Shown: piece after piece, positions 49,733 through 62,619 of the stretch
How the letters are laid out: each line of letters opens with the position of its first letter
Numbering within the stretch: position 1 is the stretch's first letter
Assembly: GCF_036971445.1 (NCBI RefSeq)
Contig: NC_091472.1
Coordinates: 40,238,001 to 40,302,000 of the forward strand
Length of the DNA stretch: 64,000 nt
Source of the DNA: Narcine bancroftii
Lineage: Eukaryota
Direction: 5' to 3'
Position numbers and translations under genes: made by a program
The notes under the pieces: model-generated
Seen by the model: the letters and a program-made list of their open reading frames with translations, nothing else
The model's database searches: none
Told to the model about the DNA's origin: nothing

Positions 49733-50119
49733 CTGTAATGGATATTGACTTAAAACCAAGAAATCTTGGCAATAATAAGCCCTCAAGCTTGCTTTACCCC
49801 TCATCAAGATCAGAGTTGCTCTCCCACATCCAATCCCATAACAACCCAAATCCTTAGCTTGCAAAAATCTATTGACCTTAGCCCTGAACACAGTTGATGA
49901 CTGAGAATCTGCAACCTCCTGGAATAAAGAATTGAAACAATTTCTCCTGATCTCATTCTTAAAAAACCTTGCTCTTATCCAGGGACCATGCTCCTTAATA
50001 CTTAACTCACCAGCCAAGAGAAACAACCTCTCAACTACTACTGTCATGGGGACTTAAACTTGCACACAGATTTGCTGAATTAAGCTGGTCGAGGCACATA
50101 TGAAGAGCACATCACAGAG

Positions 50120-52218
50120 TGCAACGGTGGTAGCTTTTTTTGAACGATAAGCTACTGAAACTACAAAGAAACATGCTATCTTTGATCTGGTCCTGTACAA
50201 TGAAACTGATAAAATTAACGATCTTGCGGCTTTAGTTAGGGATCCTCTTGGAAAGAGTGATTGCATTTCTCGTACAAATGCAGAGTGCAATAGTTAATCT
50301 AAAAGCAGTGTAATATGAGCAAACAAGGGAGGTTACAACAAGATGAGGGAGGAGTTGGCTAGCATAGACTGGGAGCACAGTTGAGGAACAGTGGAAGATT
50401 TTCAGGGATTTAACATTCCAGTTAAAGCAAAGTCAGTGAAGATGATGAGAGCCAGCCTTGGATAACTAGGGAAATAAAGTGGCCAAGTGTAGTGGGAAAC
50501 TGGAGGACTGGGAAAACTTTAAAAAGCAACGAAGAATCCCCAAGCAAGTAAAAAAAAGGAAGATCGATTATGAAAGAAAACTGCGACAAAATATAGAAAC
50601 AGATCGTAAATGTTTTTATGACATTGAACAACTATTTTGTTTGGTCTTCATGGAGGAGGACAAAAGGCAGGCAACCATGAGCCAGTTAGGGCTCATCTGT
50701 CATTGAGGAAATGCTTGATGCCATCATTAAATACAACTGGATAGAAATTGTTCCATTAGGCAGACTCAGAAGAGCAGTTCATGTTTGACAAATTTATTAA
50801 AGTCTTTTGAAGATTGAACAAATCATTGGATAGAGGGAAACAGTGGATGTTACATACTCAGATTTCCAGAAGGCATTCAACAAAGTGTTGCATCAAAGAT
50901 ATCCAGAAAATAAGGATGCATGGAAAATGGGGCTAATGTATTAGCAAGTAGAGGATTGGCAAAGAGCTGGGATCTATTGTATTGGCGTTTTTCTGGCTGG
51001 GAAACGGTGGTGAGTATTGCAACTGTTCACCACATGCATTAACAATTGGAAGAGGAAATTGAGAGTATCGTATCCAATTTTGCTGATGACACAGAATTAA
51101 GTGGAAAAATCAAATTGTGCAGATGATGCAGAGAATCTGCAGAAAGATACAGTTTCAGTGAGTGGGCAAGCATCAAGAGGTCAATGTCAATAAAGGCAAG
51201 GACCTCCACTTTGAAAGGAAAACTAAAAGATCAGATTATTATTTAAAATGGAAAAAATTTTCAAAGGACCTTGGGAGTGCTTGTGAATGAATCACAAAAG
51301 ATTGGTTTGCAGATAACATAACAATTTACAGCACGGAAACAGGCCATTAGGCCCTTCTAGTCCGCACCGAACCAAACACCCCTCTCTAGTCCCACCTCCC
51401 TGCACAATGCCCATAACCCTCCATCTTCTTCTCATCCATATACCTGTCCAACCTTTTCTTAAATAATACAATTGACTCCGCCGCCACTATTTCTCCCGGA
51501 AGCTCATTCCACACGTCTACCACTCTCTGAGTAAAGAAGTTCCCCCTCATGTTACCTCTAAACCTCTGCCCCTTAATTCTTAACTCATGTCCTCTTGTTT
51601 TAATCTTTCCTCCTCTTAACGGAAATAGTCTATCCACATCCACTCTGTCTATCCCTTTCATAATCTTAAATACTTCTATCAAATCCCCTCTCAACCTTCT
51701 ACGCTCCAAAGAATAAAGACCTAATCTGTCCAATCTCTCCCTATAATCTAGATGCTTAAACCCAGGTAACATTCTGGTAAACCTTCTCTGCACTCTCTCC
51801 ACTCTGTTTATATCCTTCCTATAATTAGGCGACCAGAACTGCACCTGTAACAGGTTTATCAAGAAGGCAAATAGAATGTTGGCTTCATTGTAAGAGGGAT
51901 TGAATTTAAGAGCAAGGTGGTTCTCCTTCAACTGTATAGGATACTGGTGATGCTGGATCTAATGCTGTGTGTAATTCTGATCCCCTACTTGCGAAAAGAT
52001 GCTTGTGTTTTGGAGGCAGTGCAGAGGAAGTTCACCAGGTTGATAACGGGAGGGGGTTAGCCTGCAAGAAGGTATTGAGTTACATGGAACTATACTCGCT
52101 GGAATTCAGAAGAATGACAGGGGATTTTATCGAAATATAAAATTACGAAAGGCAGGAAAGTTGTTTTCACTGGTAGGGGAGATTAAACCTTGGGAAACCT
52201 CAAGATTTAAGGGAGTAT
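50120..52218 (+). mobile_element. Decayed CR1-type LINE; host of nested insertions, resumes at 56612-56880
   Basis: DPLGKSD, EDWENFKKQRR..KIDYERKL, DFQKAFNKV, FADDTEL, SLEFRRM.GDFIE; 3' UTR continues after the Gypsy TSD. Confidence 0.85.
51319..51846 (-). mobile_element. Young 5'-truncated CR1-type LINE with an intact ORF2 C-terminus
   Basis: Stop-free VQFWSPNYRKDINRVERVQRRFTRMLPG..SLERRRLRGDLIEVFKIMKG..TRGH..FFTQRVVDVWNELP..MEGYG; short 3' UTR. Confidence 0.92.
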
Positions 52219-52515
52219 TGTAGCAGCAGCTACACTACTCCTGCCATAACACACACAACCAGACGGGTTGAGCTCAGCGAGCAGACTAGTTTATTGCAGG
52301 CTGTTGGGCTGTACTTATACTCCCAGCCCGGACCTGACTGAGAACCGTGCTGGAGGGCACTGACGTCACCCGGGCGTCACGTGGTCCCCCAGCGCAGACT
52401 TCTGAGCCCCTTACTGGGAGGAAGGGAAAGCCCCGACGATGCCATTTTGGCCGGCTGCCCCACCGTGTGGCTTACAAGCAGGACTGGTTCGCCTGCCTAG
52501 TTGTGAGCCACCACA
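52219..52515 (-). repeat. 3' LTR
   Basis: tgtagcagcagctacac...gtgagccaccaca, direct repeat of 56314-56611; AATAAA on the minus strand (tttattg). Confidence 0.95.
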
Positions 52516-52519
52516 CAAA

Positions 52520-55500
52520 CTTCCCCCCCCCCCCTACCAGAACTGGTGCCAATGTCCTTTTTCGCAGGGTGGCCTCGCTTCTTGGGCTGAGCTTCGACCA
52601 CAGGCTCGGTGGGATCGAGCTGCACAGGCTTCAGCCTGTCCATGGCAAACAGCTCCCGCCTACTGCCAATGTCCAGCGTGAACGTGGAGCCGGAATGCTG
52701 TACAACCCTGTACGGCACCTCATACAGTCACTGCCAAGGTGCCGCGGTCATGCCCCGCCAAACAAAAACGTTCTCTGTGGAAAGCAGTTCGCCGGGAACA
52801 TGAGATGGGCGGGTGCCATGCCTGGGCGGCGGTGGGGATTCAAACAAGTCCAAGCATGCCCTGAGGTGAGGAAGTAGTTCATGTGGCAACCGCTGGGGAT
52901 TGTGAGGTGCATTGACAAACTCACCAGGTAGTGCCAGCGGCGCACTGTAAACCAGCTGAGCAGATGATGCCTGCAGATCTTCCTTGGGAGTGGAGCGGAT
53001 GCCCAGCAGCACCCAAGGCAGTTCGTCCACCCAGTCGGGAACGGTGAGGCAGGCCTTGAGTGCTAACTTAAGGTGGCGCTGCAGACGTTCGACCAGTCAA
53101 TTGGCCTGCGGGTGGTAGGCCATGGTGCAGTGTAGCTGGATCTCCAACCTGTTGGCAAGCTGTGCCCAGAGCGCAGATGTGAACTGGATACCCCGATCGC
53201 TGGTGAGGTGACCCAGGATGCTGAACCGGGCGACCCAACCATGCAACAGTGTTCGGGAGCAGGAGTGGGTGGAGGCGTCTGGCATCGGGATTGCCTCGGG
53301 CCAGCGAGTGGTGCGGTCCACCATCATAAACAGGTAACGGTTGCCCCGGGAAACAGGAAAGGGCCCGACGATGTCCACGTGAATGTGGCTGAACCATTCC
53401 CAGACATGCTCGAACTCCAGTACAGATGCCCTGGTGCGTCTGTACACCTTGGACGTATGGCAATGGGTGCATGTTCTGGCCCAGCCCACGAACTGCTTTC
53501 GCAGCCCATGCCATACGAACCGTTCTGCCACCATCTGGATCTGATGGACGGATGTGAAAGGTCATTGCTGTGTTGGAAGACCTGCCTATGCCACTGCTGG
53601 GGAACCGCTGGTCATGGGGTGCCCATGGAGATATCGCACAGGATGGTGCCTTCGCTGCTCAGAGTCGGGAGGTCTCAGAACCACAGGCCCGTGATGGCAG
53701 TCTTGAAGGCCCTCATCTCCTCATCAGACTTCTGGCCCCGGGCGAGCTGGTTGAAGTCGAGGCTGGGCGTCATCGCGCAGATGGCTGGTCGCGAGAGTGC
53801 ATCGGCAACCACATTGTCCTTCCCCGCCTTGTGCCAAATATCGGTGGTAAACTCCGACACAAAGGAGAGGTGACGCTGCTGGCGGGCCGACTAGGGATCC
53901 TTTGCCATCGCGAGTGCCTGGGTGAGGGGTTTGTGGTCAGTGAAGATGGTAAAAGTCCTCCCCTCCAAAAAATAGCGGAAATGCCGCACCGCCAGCTACT
54001 GACCCAGTAACTCACAGTCGAAGACACTATACTTGCATTCCAGCGGGCGGAGCAGGCAACTGAAGAATCCCAGTGGCTTCCAATATCCATTCACCTGCTG
54101 CTCCAAGATGGCACTGTCAGCTATGGCAGAGGCATCAACAGAAAGTGCCATATGCAGGTCAGTGTGCAGGTGGGTGAACATGGTGGCCTTCACGAGGGCA
54201 TCCTTGGTGGCCTCAAATGCGGTGCAGGCTTCTGGGTTCCAAGCGAGCATTTTGTGCTTGGCTGTGATGAGGGCGAATAGCGGCTGCATAATGTGCACAG
54301 CTCCCGGGATGAAGTGGTTGTAAAAGTTGACCATACCCGCGAACTCCTGCAGCCCCTTGAGGCAGTCCGGGCGTGAGAACTCCCTGATAGCGGCGACCTT
54401 CGCAGCGGCGGGCATGGCTCCTTCGGCCGTGATGGTATGGCCCAGGAACTGCATGGACTCTTTCCCGAACTGACACTTGGCCAGATTGATGGTAAGGCTG
54501 AAATCAGCCAGCCAGGAGGAAAGGGCACATAGGTGGGCCTTGTGTTGCGCCTGGTCCTTGCTGGCGACGAGGATGTCGTCCAAATAAATAAAGACAAAAT
54601 CCAAGTCCCTGCCCACAGAGTCCATGAGGCGCTGGAAGGTCTGAGCAGCATTCTTGAGCTCGAATGGCATGCGCAGGAATTCAAACAAGCTGAAGGGGGT
54701 GATGATGGCCGTCTTGGGTATGTCCTCAGGGTGCACCAGGATCTGGTGATATCCACGCACCAGGTCAACCTTGGAAAAAAACCTCGCACTGTGCAGGTTG
54801 GCCATAAAGTCTTGGATGTGAGGGATGGGGTAACAGTCAGGAACTGTTGCCTCATTGAGCCATCGATAATCTCCACAGGGACACCAGCCACTGGAGGCTT
54901 TTGGGACCAGGTGGAGCAGTGAGACCCACGGGCTGTCGGACTGCCAAATGATCCCCAGTTCCAACAGGTGCAAAAACTCCTCCTTCGCCACCTGGAGCTT
55001 GTCAGGCGGGAGCCAGCATGCCATGGCGTGAACCAGTGGGCCCTGGATGGGGATGTAGTGGAACACCCCATGGAGCGGCGAGGCAGCAGAGAACTGTGAC
55101 TTGAGGAGTGTCGGGAACTCATCCAGGATTCGCTGGAACTTGTCTTTGGGCGTGCTGATCGTGGCCACCTGTGGTTGCTCTGAGCAGGATGCGTTGAGGC
55201 GAACAGCCTGGAAGGTACAGGCATCCACCAGGCACCTATCTCGAATGTCCACCGGGAAGCCCGTGTGCGAGGAGGAAGTCTGCACCCAGGATGGTGGTCG
55301 GGAGGGACGAGACGGTGAACCTCCATGCGAAATTTCGTTGGCCCATCTGGAAGTGGACTGTCTTGTCTCCATACGTCCGGATTTCTGTGGCGTTGGCCAC
55401 ACGGAAGGGAGGTCCATGAGGTGGGTTCCTGGACTCAACAGCCATAGCCAGGATGACGCTGATCTGGGCTCCAGTGTCAACGAGGAACCGCCGGTCGCTG

Positions 55501-55570
55501 ACTGAGTCCCGCAGGTAGAGGAGGCTGTGACCTTGGCCAGCCACCGCAGCCGTTAACAGCGGCCGGCCTG
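52520..55570 (-). pseudogene. Gypsy pol (protease, RT, RNase H, integrase), disrupted
   Basis: [10 protein letters not shown]; [39 protein letters not shown]; [13 protein letters not shown]; GKDNVVADALSR; HIHVDIVGP..DRTTRWPEA..TSDRG..YHPQAN. Confidence 0.95.
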
Positions 55571-56273
55571 GTCATTTCCCTGGAATGAGCAGGGCTGACG
55601 ACATTTCTGAGCCTTGGCTCCCCAGCACTGGTGGTAGAAGCAGAGGCCTGGAGCGGATGCTGTGGCCTTGGTTATGCTCTTGGGGGCCCCTGCAGGGGCC
55701 GGATTCTACCGCAGCACTAGGGGCGGGCTTGGCATGGTTGTGCCGGTGCCTCATGACCAGCTGGACCACTGAGCCCTCTGAGAATCGTGCGAGCCATAGC
55801 TCTTGGGCCTTCTGGGCGACCTTCCTCGGGTCGGTGAAGCTCTCCTGGAGGAGCAGCGGCTGGATGTCCCTGGGCATATAGTCGAGGAAAATGCACTCGA
55901 AGAGTGAGCAGTTGGTGTGCTCACCCATGAGCATGAGCATCTCATCCATCAGTTCCATCAAGGACCTGTCCCCCAGGGCGTCGAGGTGCAGCATCCGAGT
56001 GGCACACTGGTGTCTGGATAGTCCGAGGGATCCGGTAAGCAATCGCTTGATGGTCTCGTATTGGTCTTCGGCGGGTGGGTGCTGAATGAGGTGCAGCACC
56101 TGTCTGGCGGTGGCCTGGTCCAGGGCAGCGACCACATGGTAGAATTTGGTCATGTCGGATGAAATCTGGCGGAGGTGAAACTGAGCCTCCGCGTGGCCGA
56201 ACCAGTTCTCCGGCTCCTGAACCCAGAATTCAGGCAGTTTCGCGGCTATAGCGCTGATCCCATGCTCGCTCAT
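55552..56273 (-). pseudogene. Gypsy gag (frameshifted before the CHCC knuckle)
   Basis: AKLPEFWVQEPENWFGHAEAQF..TKFYHVVAAL..YETIKRLL..LGDRS..LMDEM; an alternative frame gives CFYHQCWGAKAQKCRQPC. Confidence 0.9.
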
Positions 56274-56298
56274 GATGGGTTCAAAGACGTTTGAACCA

Positions 56299-56311
56299 GT
56301 CGGGGTCACCA
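56299..56311 (-). promoter_or_regulatory. Primer-binding site complementary to the tRNA-Trp 3' end
   Basis: Minus strand TGGTGACCCCGAC, 2 nt inside the 5' LTR; vertebrate tRNA-Trp ends ..GTCGGGGTCACCA. Confidence 0.85.
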
Positions 56312-56313
56312 AT

Positions 56314-56611
56314 TGTAGCGGCGGCTACACTGCTCCTCAAAGAACACACACAACCAGACAGGTTGAGCTCAGTGAGCGAACTAGTTTATTGCAGACTGCT
56401 GGGCTGTACTTATGCTCCCAGCCCGGACCTGGCTGAGAACTGCACTGGAGGGCACTGACGTCAACCGGGCATCACGTGGTCCCCCAGCGCGGGCTTCTGA
56501 GCACCGTGCTGAGAGGAAGGGAATACCCCCGACGGCACCATTTTGGCCAGCTGCCCCGTCGCGTGGCTTACAAGCAGGGCTGGTTTGCCTGCCTAGTAGT
56601 GAGCTATCGCA
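56314..56611 (-). repeat. 5' LTR
   Basis: tgtagcggcggctacac...gtgagctatcgca; followed on the minus strand by the PBS. Confidence 0.95.
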
Positions 56612-57129
56612 GTATATTTAATATGAAGATGAGGAGGAATAATTTCCTTCCAAGATGATAATAAATCTGTGGAATTCTCTGCCCAAGAAAGTAGCAGAAC
56701 CTCATTGAATATATTTAAGAAACAGATTTTTTGCAAAGTAGAGGAATTAAGAGTTATGGGGAAAAGACAAGTAGGTAGAGCTGAGTCCACCGCTAGATCA
56801 GCCATGATCTTATTAAATGATAGACCAGGCTCAATGAGCCAGATAGCCAACTCCTGCTCCCATTTCTTATGTTCTGCTACGAATGAAACACTGTCAAACT
56901 TCTGCAAAAAAGCCAACAGTGACTGTTCAATGCCACAATTTTTTTTTTTGGTTTTCCACAATCCACAATGATATACCAACCTCAATGATGCCACAGCATT
57001 AGGTGGTTAATTCTGTAAGCATCATCACATGTGCATTTCTTCATAACACCACAGGAATGAACCACAATTTCAGATAAGTTACCAACCTAGGCAACTGTGA
57101 GGAGGGTACAATTGCACCTCTACTTTCCA

Positions 57130-57640
57130 GAAGTCTGAGGAGATTTGATGTAATGCAAAACACTCCATCAAACTTCTACAGTAGTACAACTTCTACTGTA
57201 GATGTACTTTGGTAATGAGAGTGCCCAGGAATGAAGAAGACTGCAGAAAGTAGCAAACCTAGCCAGGTGCATCAGAGGGTCCGACCTCCCATCTAGTAAT
57301 GATATCTATGCCAAACACTGCCTCCATTCCTAAAGAACCCCCATTACTCTGGTCCAAGCTCTTCTCACTGCTACCTCTGGGCAGAAGCCTGAAGACCAGC
57401 TCCTCTGGGTTCAAGAACCATTTCCAACAGCTATTTGGGCTGTGAAACACCACTTATTATACTAAACATGGATTACTCTGATATCACAAGAAGTACTGCC
57501 TGCTGCTATTTTCTTGAACTATGGTAACTGAATATTTATGATTCATCTTTTATATTTATTATCACATTTTAATTTAATCTATAGTTTTGTAGTTGTTTTT
57601 ATGACGTGAGTTCACGCATTTCATCTTCTGTCGCATAAGA
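57130..57640 (+). mobile_element. Decayed Rex1/Babar 3' fragment
   Basis: ctctactttccagaagtctgaggagatt (LYF..LRR), LFSLLPLGR, ggttcaagaaccatttcc. Confidence 0.65.
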
Positions 57641-57939
57641 ACTCTCATTTGCGTAAATCTAACATTTTTTTTATTCCCTTGCAAAAATGGCAAACTATTA
57701 GTGAGGATTAAGTCATAATAAGTTCAGCAACAAAACCAGATCTAAACTGCGTGTATTTAGCTGCCTAATCCATCCATTATAATTGGTGCAAAATCTTTTC
57801 AAGAACTGCTACAGAAAGTAGCAATGACTCCTCCTTAAAAGCTTTCCCCAAATTATGATTCACTAGCACACAAGATCACCTGGACTGGCTTTGATTGCCA
57901 GCAGTTGAAGCAAGAAATCTCCCTGCATTAACAAAGAAG

Positions 57940-58515
57940 AGGTAGCGGGATGACAACTAGGGCAGTGGAATGTTCCGATTGCAGGATGAAGTTAATCTGG
58001 GAGAACACTATCCAGCTGCAGCTCCTTATAGATCAAGTTAGGGAACTGGAGCTCGATGAACTCCAGATCATTAGGGAGGCAGAGAGGGTGATAAACGGAA
58101 GCTATCAGGAGACAACTGCATCAAAAAGCAAGAGACAGGTAACTAGGTGACTGTAAGGAGAGGGAAGAGGAATAAGCAGCCAGTGCAGACCATCCCTGTG
58201 GCTGTTCCACTCAATAAGTGTACAGTTTTGGATACTGTTTTGAGGGAGCGGGGGGAATTGGGGGTTGACCTAGCAGAGACAGGACATAGAGATTAGATCT
58301 CTGGCACAGACTCTGGCCCTTAAGCTAAGAAGGGAAGGGGGAAGTAGAGGAGAGCTATAGTGATTGGGGATTTGATAGTTAGGCAAATAGATAGGAGGTT
58401 CTGTCAACACGATCAAGACTCCCGGATGGTATACTGCCGCTCAGGTATCAGAGTCAGGAACATCTCACATCAAGTCCATAGCATTCACAAGCAGGAGGGA
58501 GAGCAGCCAGATGTT
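57940..58515 (+). mobile_element. CR1 ORF1 5' part (resumes at approx. 61310-61680)
   Basis: AVECSDCRM..IQLQLLIDQVRELELDELQIIREAE; AIVIGDLIVRQIDRRFC; continuation SRVVISRLVSVP..VNVWLKDWCRKQRFRFVDHW (ORF 61312-61620). Confidence 0.85.
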
Positions 58516-61310
58516 CACAAGATCACAAGATAAAGGAACAGAAGAAGGCCACTGGGCCCATCAAGTCTGTTCTGTGACTCTACACTAAATTGAATTATGC
58601 TCACACCTAGTTCCAATTTCCAACCTTTCCACCATATCCCTTGATACCCTTACTAATTAGATACTTATCTATTTCCGGTTTAAATTCTCCCAATGATCTG
58701 GCCTCCACTGCTTTGTGTGGCAGTGAGTTCCACAGATCCACAACCCTCTGATTAAAGAAGTTCTTCCTCACCTCTGTTTTAAATGGATAACTTCTAAATT
58801 TTAAGACTGTGATGCCTTCTCCTTGATTCACCCACCAAAGGAAACATCTTATCTACATCCACTCTGTCAAAACATTTCAAAATATCTCTATGAGATCACC
58901 TCTCTTCTATACTCCAATGAATACAATCCAAGAGCTGCCAAACGTTCCCCATACGTTAGCCCTTGCATTCCAGGAATTGTCCTAGTAAATCTCTTCTGCA
59001 CTCTCTCCAACAACATTGCATCCTTTCTAAGATAGGGGGCCCAGAACTGTACACAGTACTCCAAATGGGGTCTCACTAGTACCCCATAGAGCCTCATCAA
59101 CACCTCTTTACTCGTACACTATTTCTCTTGAAATGAATGCTAACATAGCATTCGCTTTCTTCACTAATAATCCTACCTGGTCATTAACTTTTAGGCTTCC
59201 CTGCATGAGGACACCCAGGTGTCTTTGCACCTCCAAGGATTGAATTTTCTCCCCATCCAAATAGTTCTCTGCCTGTTTATTTCCACTGCCAAAATGTAGA
59301 ACCAAACATTTCTCAACATTGTATCTCATCTACCATATTTTGCCCAGTCTCTCAATCTGTCTATATCCTTCTGCAACTTTACGATTTCTTCAACACTGCC
59401 TGCTCTGCCACCTATCTTAGTGTCCTTTGCAAATTTGGCCACAAAACCATTCATTCCATAATCCAAATCGTTAATATAAATTGTAAACAGCAGCGGCCCC
59501 AAGACTGACCCATGCAGAACACCACTTGTCACAGGCAGCCATCCTGAATAGGATCCCTTAATTTCAACCCTTTGCTTCCTGCTTATCAGCTATTTTTTTT
59601 ATCCAGTCTAATATTCTAATATTGTCCCTGTAATTCTATGGGCCTTCATCTTATTTAGCAGCCTAACATGCGGCACCTCATGAAAAGCCTTTTGAAAATC
59701 CAAATATACAACATCCACAGTCTCCCCTTTGTCCATCCTACTTGAGATTTCTTTAAAAAACTTATAGTTGGTCAGGCAGGATCTACCCTTTAAAACACCA
59801 TGCTGACTTGGACCCATCTTCTTATGCATCTCCAGGTATTTCATAACCACATCCTTGATGATTGACTCTAATATCTTCCCAACCATCAACGTCAGACTAA
59901 TAGGCCTATAGTTTCCTTCTTTCTGTCTCCCACCTTTCTTAAACAGCAGAACCACATTTGCAATATTCCAATCCCCTGGAATCATGCCAGAGTCTATTGA
60001 TTTCTGGAAGATCATTGCCAGTGGGTCCACAATAGCCAAAGCCACCTCTTTCAGAACCCACGGGTGCACCTGATCTGGTCCAGGAGATTTATCAATCTTT
60101 AATCCATTCAGTTTGCCTGGCACAATTTTTCTAATAATTTTAACTGCATATAACTCTACTCGCTGAAGCCTCTGGAATGTTACTAATGTCTTCCACAGTG
60201 AAGACTGACACAAAATATTGATTTAGTTCTTCTGCCATCTCTTTATAACCCATTATAATTTCCCCAGAATCATTTTCTATCAGTCCTATGTCATAGCATG
60301 TCTCTCTTTTATTCTTTATATATTTAGAAAAAACTCTTAGCATCTTTTTTATATTTTTTGTCAATCTCCTTTCATAACTCAACTTTTTCTTTCCTAATGA
60401 TGTCCTTTGTCTCTTTCTGTAAGTTTCTAAAGGAATCCCAGCCCTCTGATTTCCCACTAGTTTTAGCTTCCTTATATGCCCTCCCATTTGCTTTCATCTT
60501 AGCCTTTACCTCTTTTGTTAGCCACATTGGTACCATCTTTCCTTTGACTAATTTCCTTGGAATATATCTATCCTACCTGCTTTTTATTACTTGCAAAAAT
60601 ATCTTCCAATCCTTCTCTGTTTCTCTAACTAGTTTGCTTTTCCAGTCGACTTGAGCCAGTTCCTTTCTCATACCATCATAATTTCCTTTATTCCACTGAA
60701 AAATTGATACATCCAATAACATTTATTCCTTTTCAAATTTGAAATTAAATTCAACCATGTTATGATCACTGATTCCTAAAGGTTCTACGACCTTTAACTC
60801 CCTAATGACCTCAGATTCATTGCACATGGCCCAATCCAGAACTGCAGATCCCCTGGTGGGCTTCTCAACAAGCTGTTCAAAAATCCATCTCTGAGGTTTT
60901 CTCCTGGGATCCAGTAATTTCCAGTCCTTCCCAATCCCCTGTCATGTTAAAATCCCCCATAATTATTTTGCTATTATCCTTGTGACATGCCCTTTGTATT
61001 TCCAGCTGTAACTCATAGTCCACTTCCCGGCTGGTGTTTGGGGCCTGTATATAACTGCTAATATAGTCTTTTTACCCTTGATATTTCTTAATTCAACCCA
61101 TAATGATTCTACCACTTTAGACCCTGTGTCCCTTCTTTCTATTGATTTAATGCTATTACTTACAATCAGAGCCACCCCTCCACCTCTACCCACCTGCTTA
61201 TCTTTCCTATAGATTATCTTCAGATATTGAGCTCCCAATCACATGCCTCATTGAGCCATGTTTCAGTAATGGCCACAATGTCATATATTTTCAGTTGAAT
61301 CTGTTGTACA
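58516..61310 (-). mobile_element. CR1-type LINE ORF2 (EN-RT-3' tail) nested in another CR1
   Basis: YDIVAITETWL, GRGGGVAL..ESLWVEL..VIYRP, KSPGPDQVHPWVLKEV..NYRPISLT..VYLDFQKAF, FAKDTKIGG, LVRPHLEYCVQFWAPYLRKD; (cacaagat)n tail. Confidence 0.92.
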
Positions 61311-62124
61311 AATGAGTGGAGAGGAGGATCCGAGTAGGGCATACAAGAAGTTAGAAAGGAAGCAGAAAAGTAGGATCTCAAGGGTCGTAATCTCAAGATT
61401 GGTGTCTGTGCCATATGCCAGTGAAGGCAGGAATTGGAAGTTGTGGCAAGTGAATGTGTGGCTGAAGGATTGGTGCAGGAAGCAGAGGTTCAGATTTGTA
61501 GATCACTGGCATGCCTTCTGGGGAAGGCATGTACTGTACAAAAGGAATGGGCTACAAGTGAAATGGAAAGGGACCAATATCTTGGTGGACAGGATTGCTA
61601 GAGCTGTTGGGGAGAGTTGAAACTAGTTTGGCAGGGGGAACCAGGATGTGATAGCAGAGAATAGAGTTGAAGCGGGAAAAGGATAATACAATGAATTATG
61701 TGTTTATGAAGGAGAAGTATACAACCGTAATTGGGACCGAAGGATTGGTCATAACTCAGATTGGACACAAGTTGGATTCACTTCCCCTCACATGGCTTAA
61801 CAAAGTCTTAAAGCAATTTTTTTTTTTTTTAAATTCAACAAATGAACCTTTAATGAAGGTTAACATATGTACAGAACAGTACCTTTAATAAAAAATACTC
61901 AACTTATGAACTTTTAGTAAATAATAGTCATTGGGACTCAGGCATTAGAATACTGTGGCGAGAACTCTATACAACACTTTTAATACAAAATATGTACTTG
62001 TACAGTAATTCTAAAAAATTTTTTTTTAATTCATAGCGTAAGTCAGTGTATGTGTTATGTCTGGTTGTGTGTCTGCATGTTTTTGTTTCGTCAACGACTA
62101 CCTGTACATGGAATATACTTGGAA

Positions 62125-62612
62125 CACACACTTGGAATATTGTGTTCAGTTCTGGTCGCCTCATCATAAGGATGTGGAAGCCATGGAGAAGGTGCAGAGG
62201 AGATTTACCAGGATGATGCCTGGATTGGAAAGCAAGTTTTATGAAGCAAGGCTTACAGAGCTGGGACTTTTCTCTTTGGAGCGTAGACGGATGAGAGGAC
62301 ACTTAATAGAGGTCTACAAGATTATGAGAGGGCAGGAATGGAAAACACCAAAGAACATACGCACAAAGTTAGGGGAGGCAAGTTTTGGGGAGACATCAGG
62401 GGTACTTTTTGTTTTAAAAAAGCATAGTTGTGGGTGTCTGGAATACCTTGCCTGGGATGGTGATGGATGCTCTACTATTAGGCACATGGATGAAAGAAAA
62501 ATAGTGGATTACAGGGTAGAGTGGGTTTAGTTATATTTTTTCCAAGGATATATGGGTTGGCACAACATCAAGGGCCGAAAGATCTGTACTGTCTTGTAGT
62601 GTTCTATGTTCT
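62125..62612 (+). mobile_element. CR1-type LINE 3' fragment
   Basis: HLEYCVQFWSPHHKDVEAMEKVQRRFTRMMPG..SLERRRMRGHLIEVYKIMRG; gttctatgttcta tail. Confidence 0.85.
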
Positions 62613-62619
62613 AAATATA

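Larger units (their letters stand above)
52219..56611 (-). mobile_element. Full-length decayed Ty3/Gypsy LTR retrotransposon, CsRn1 clade
   Basis: Two ~297-bp LTRs with TG..CA ends; 4-bp TSD GTAT (52215-52218, 56612-56615); tRNA-Trp PBS; polypurine tract at ~52516-52534; order gag-PR-RT-RH-IN; CHCC gag motif. Confidence 0.96.

Noticed and set aside
51386-51931. 181-aa ORF as a host gene
   Set aside because: Chimera of antisense host-CR1 sequence and a young CR1 ORF2 C-terminus.
52360-52385. CRE plus CACGTG/HRE in the Gypsy LTRs as an EPAS1 regulatory element
   Set aside because: Intrinsic LTR motifs more than 40 kb from the gene end, with no evidence of co-option.
52347-55505. Long overlapping + strand and alternative-frame ORFs (e.g. 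378 aa, 221 aa)
   Set aside because: Shadow ORFs of the GC-rich Gypsy pol region.
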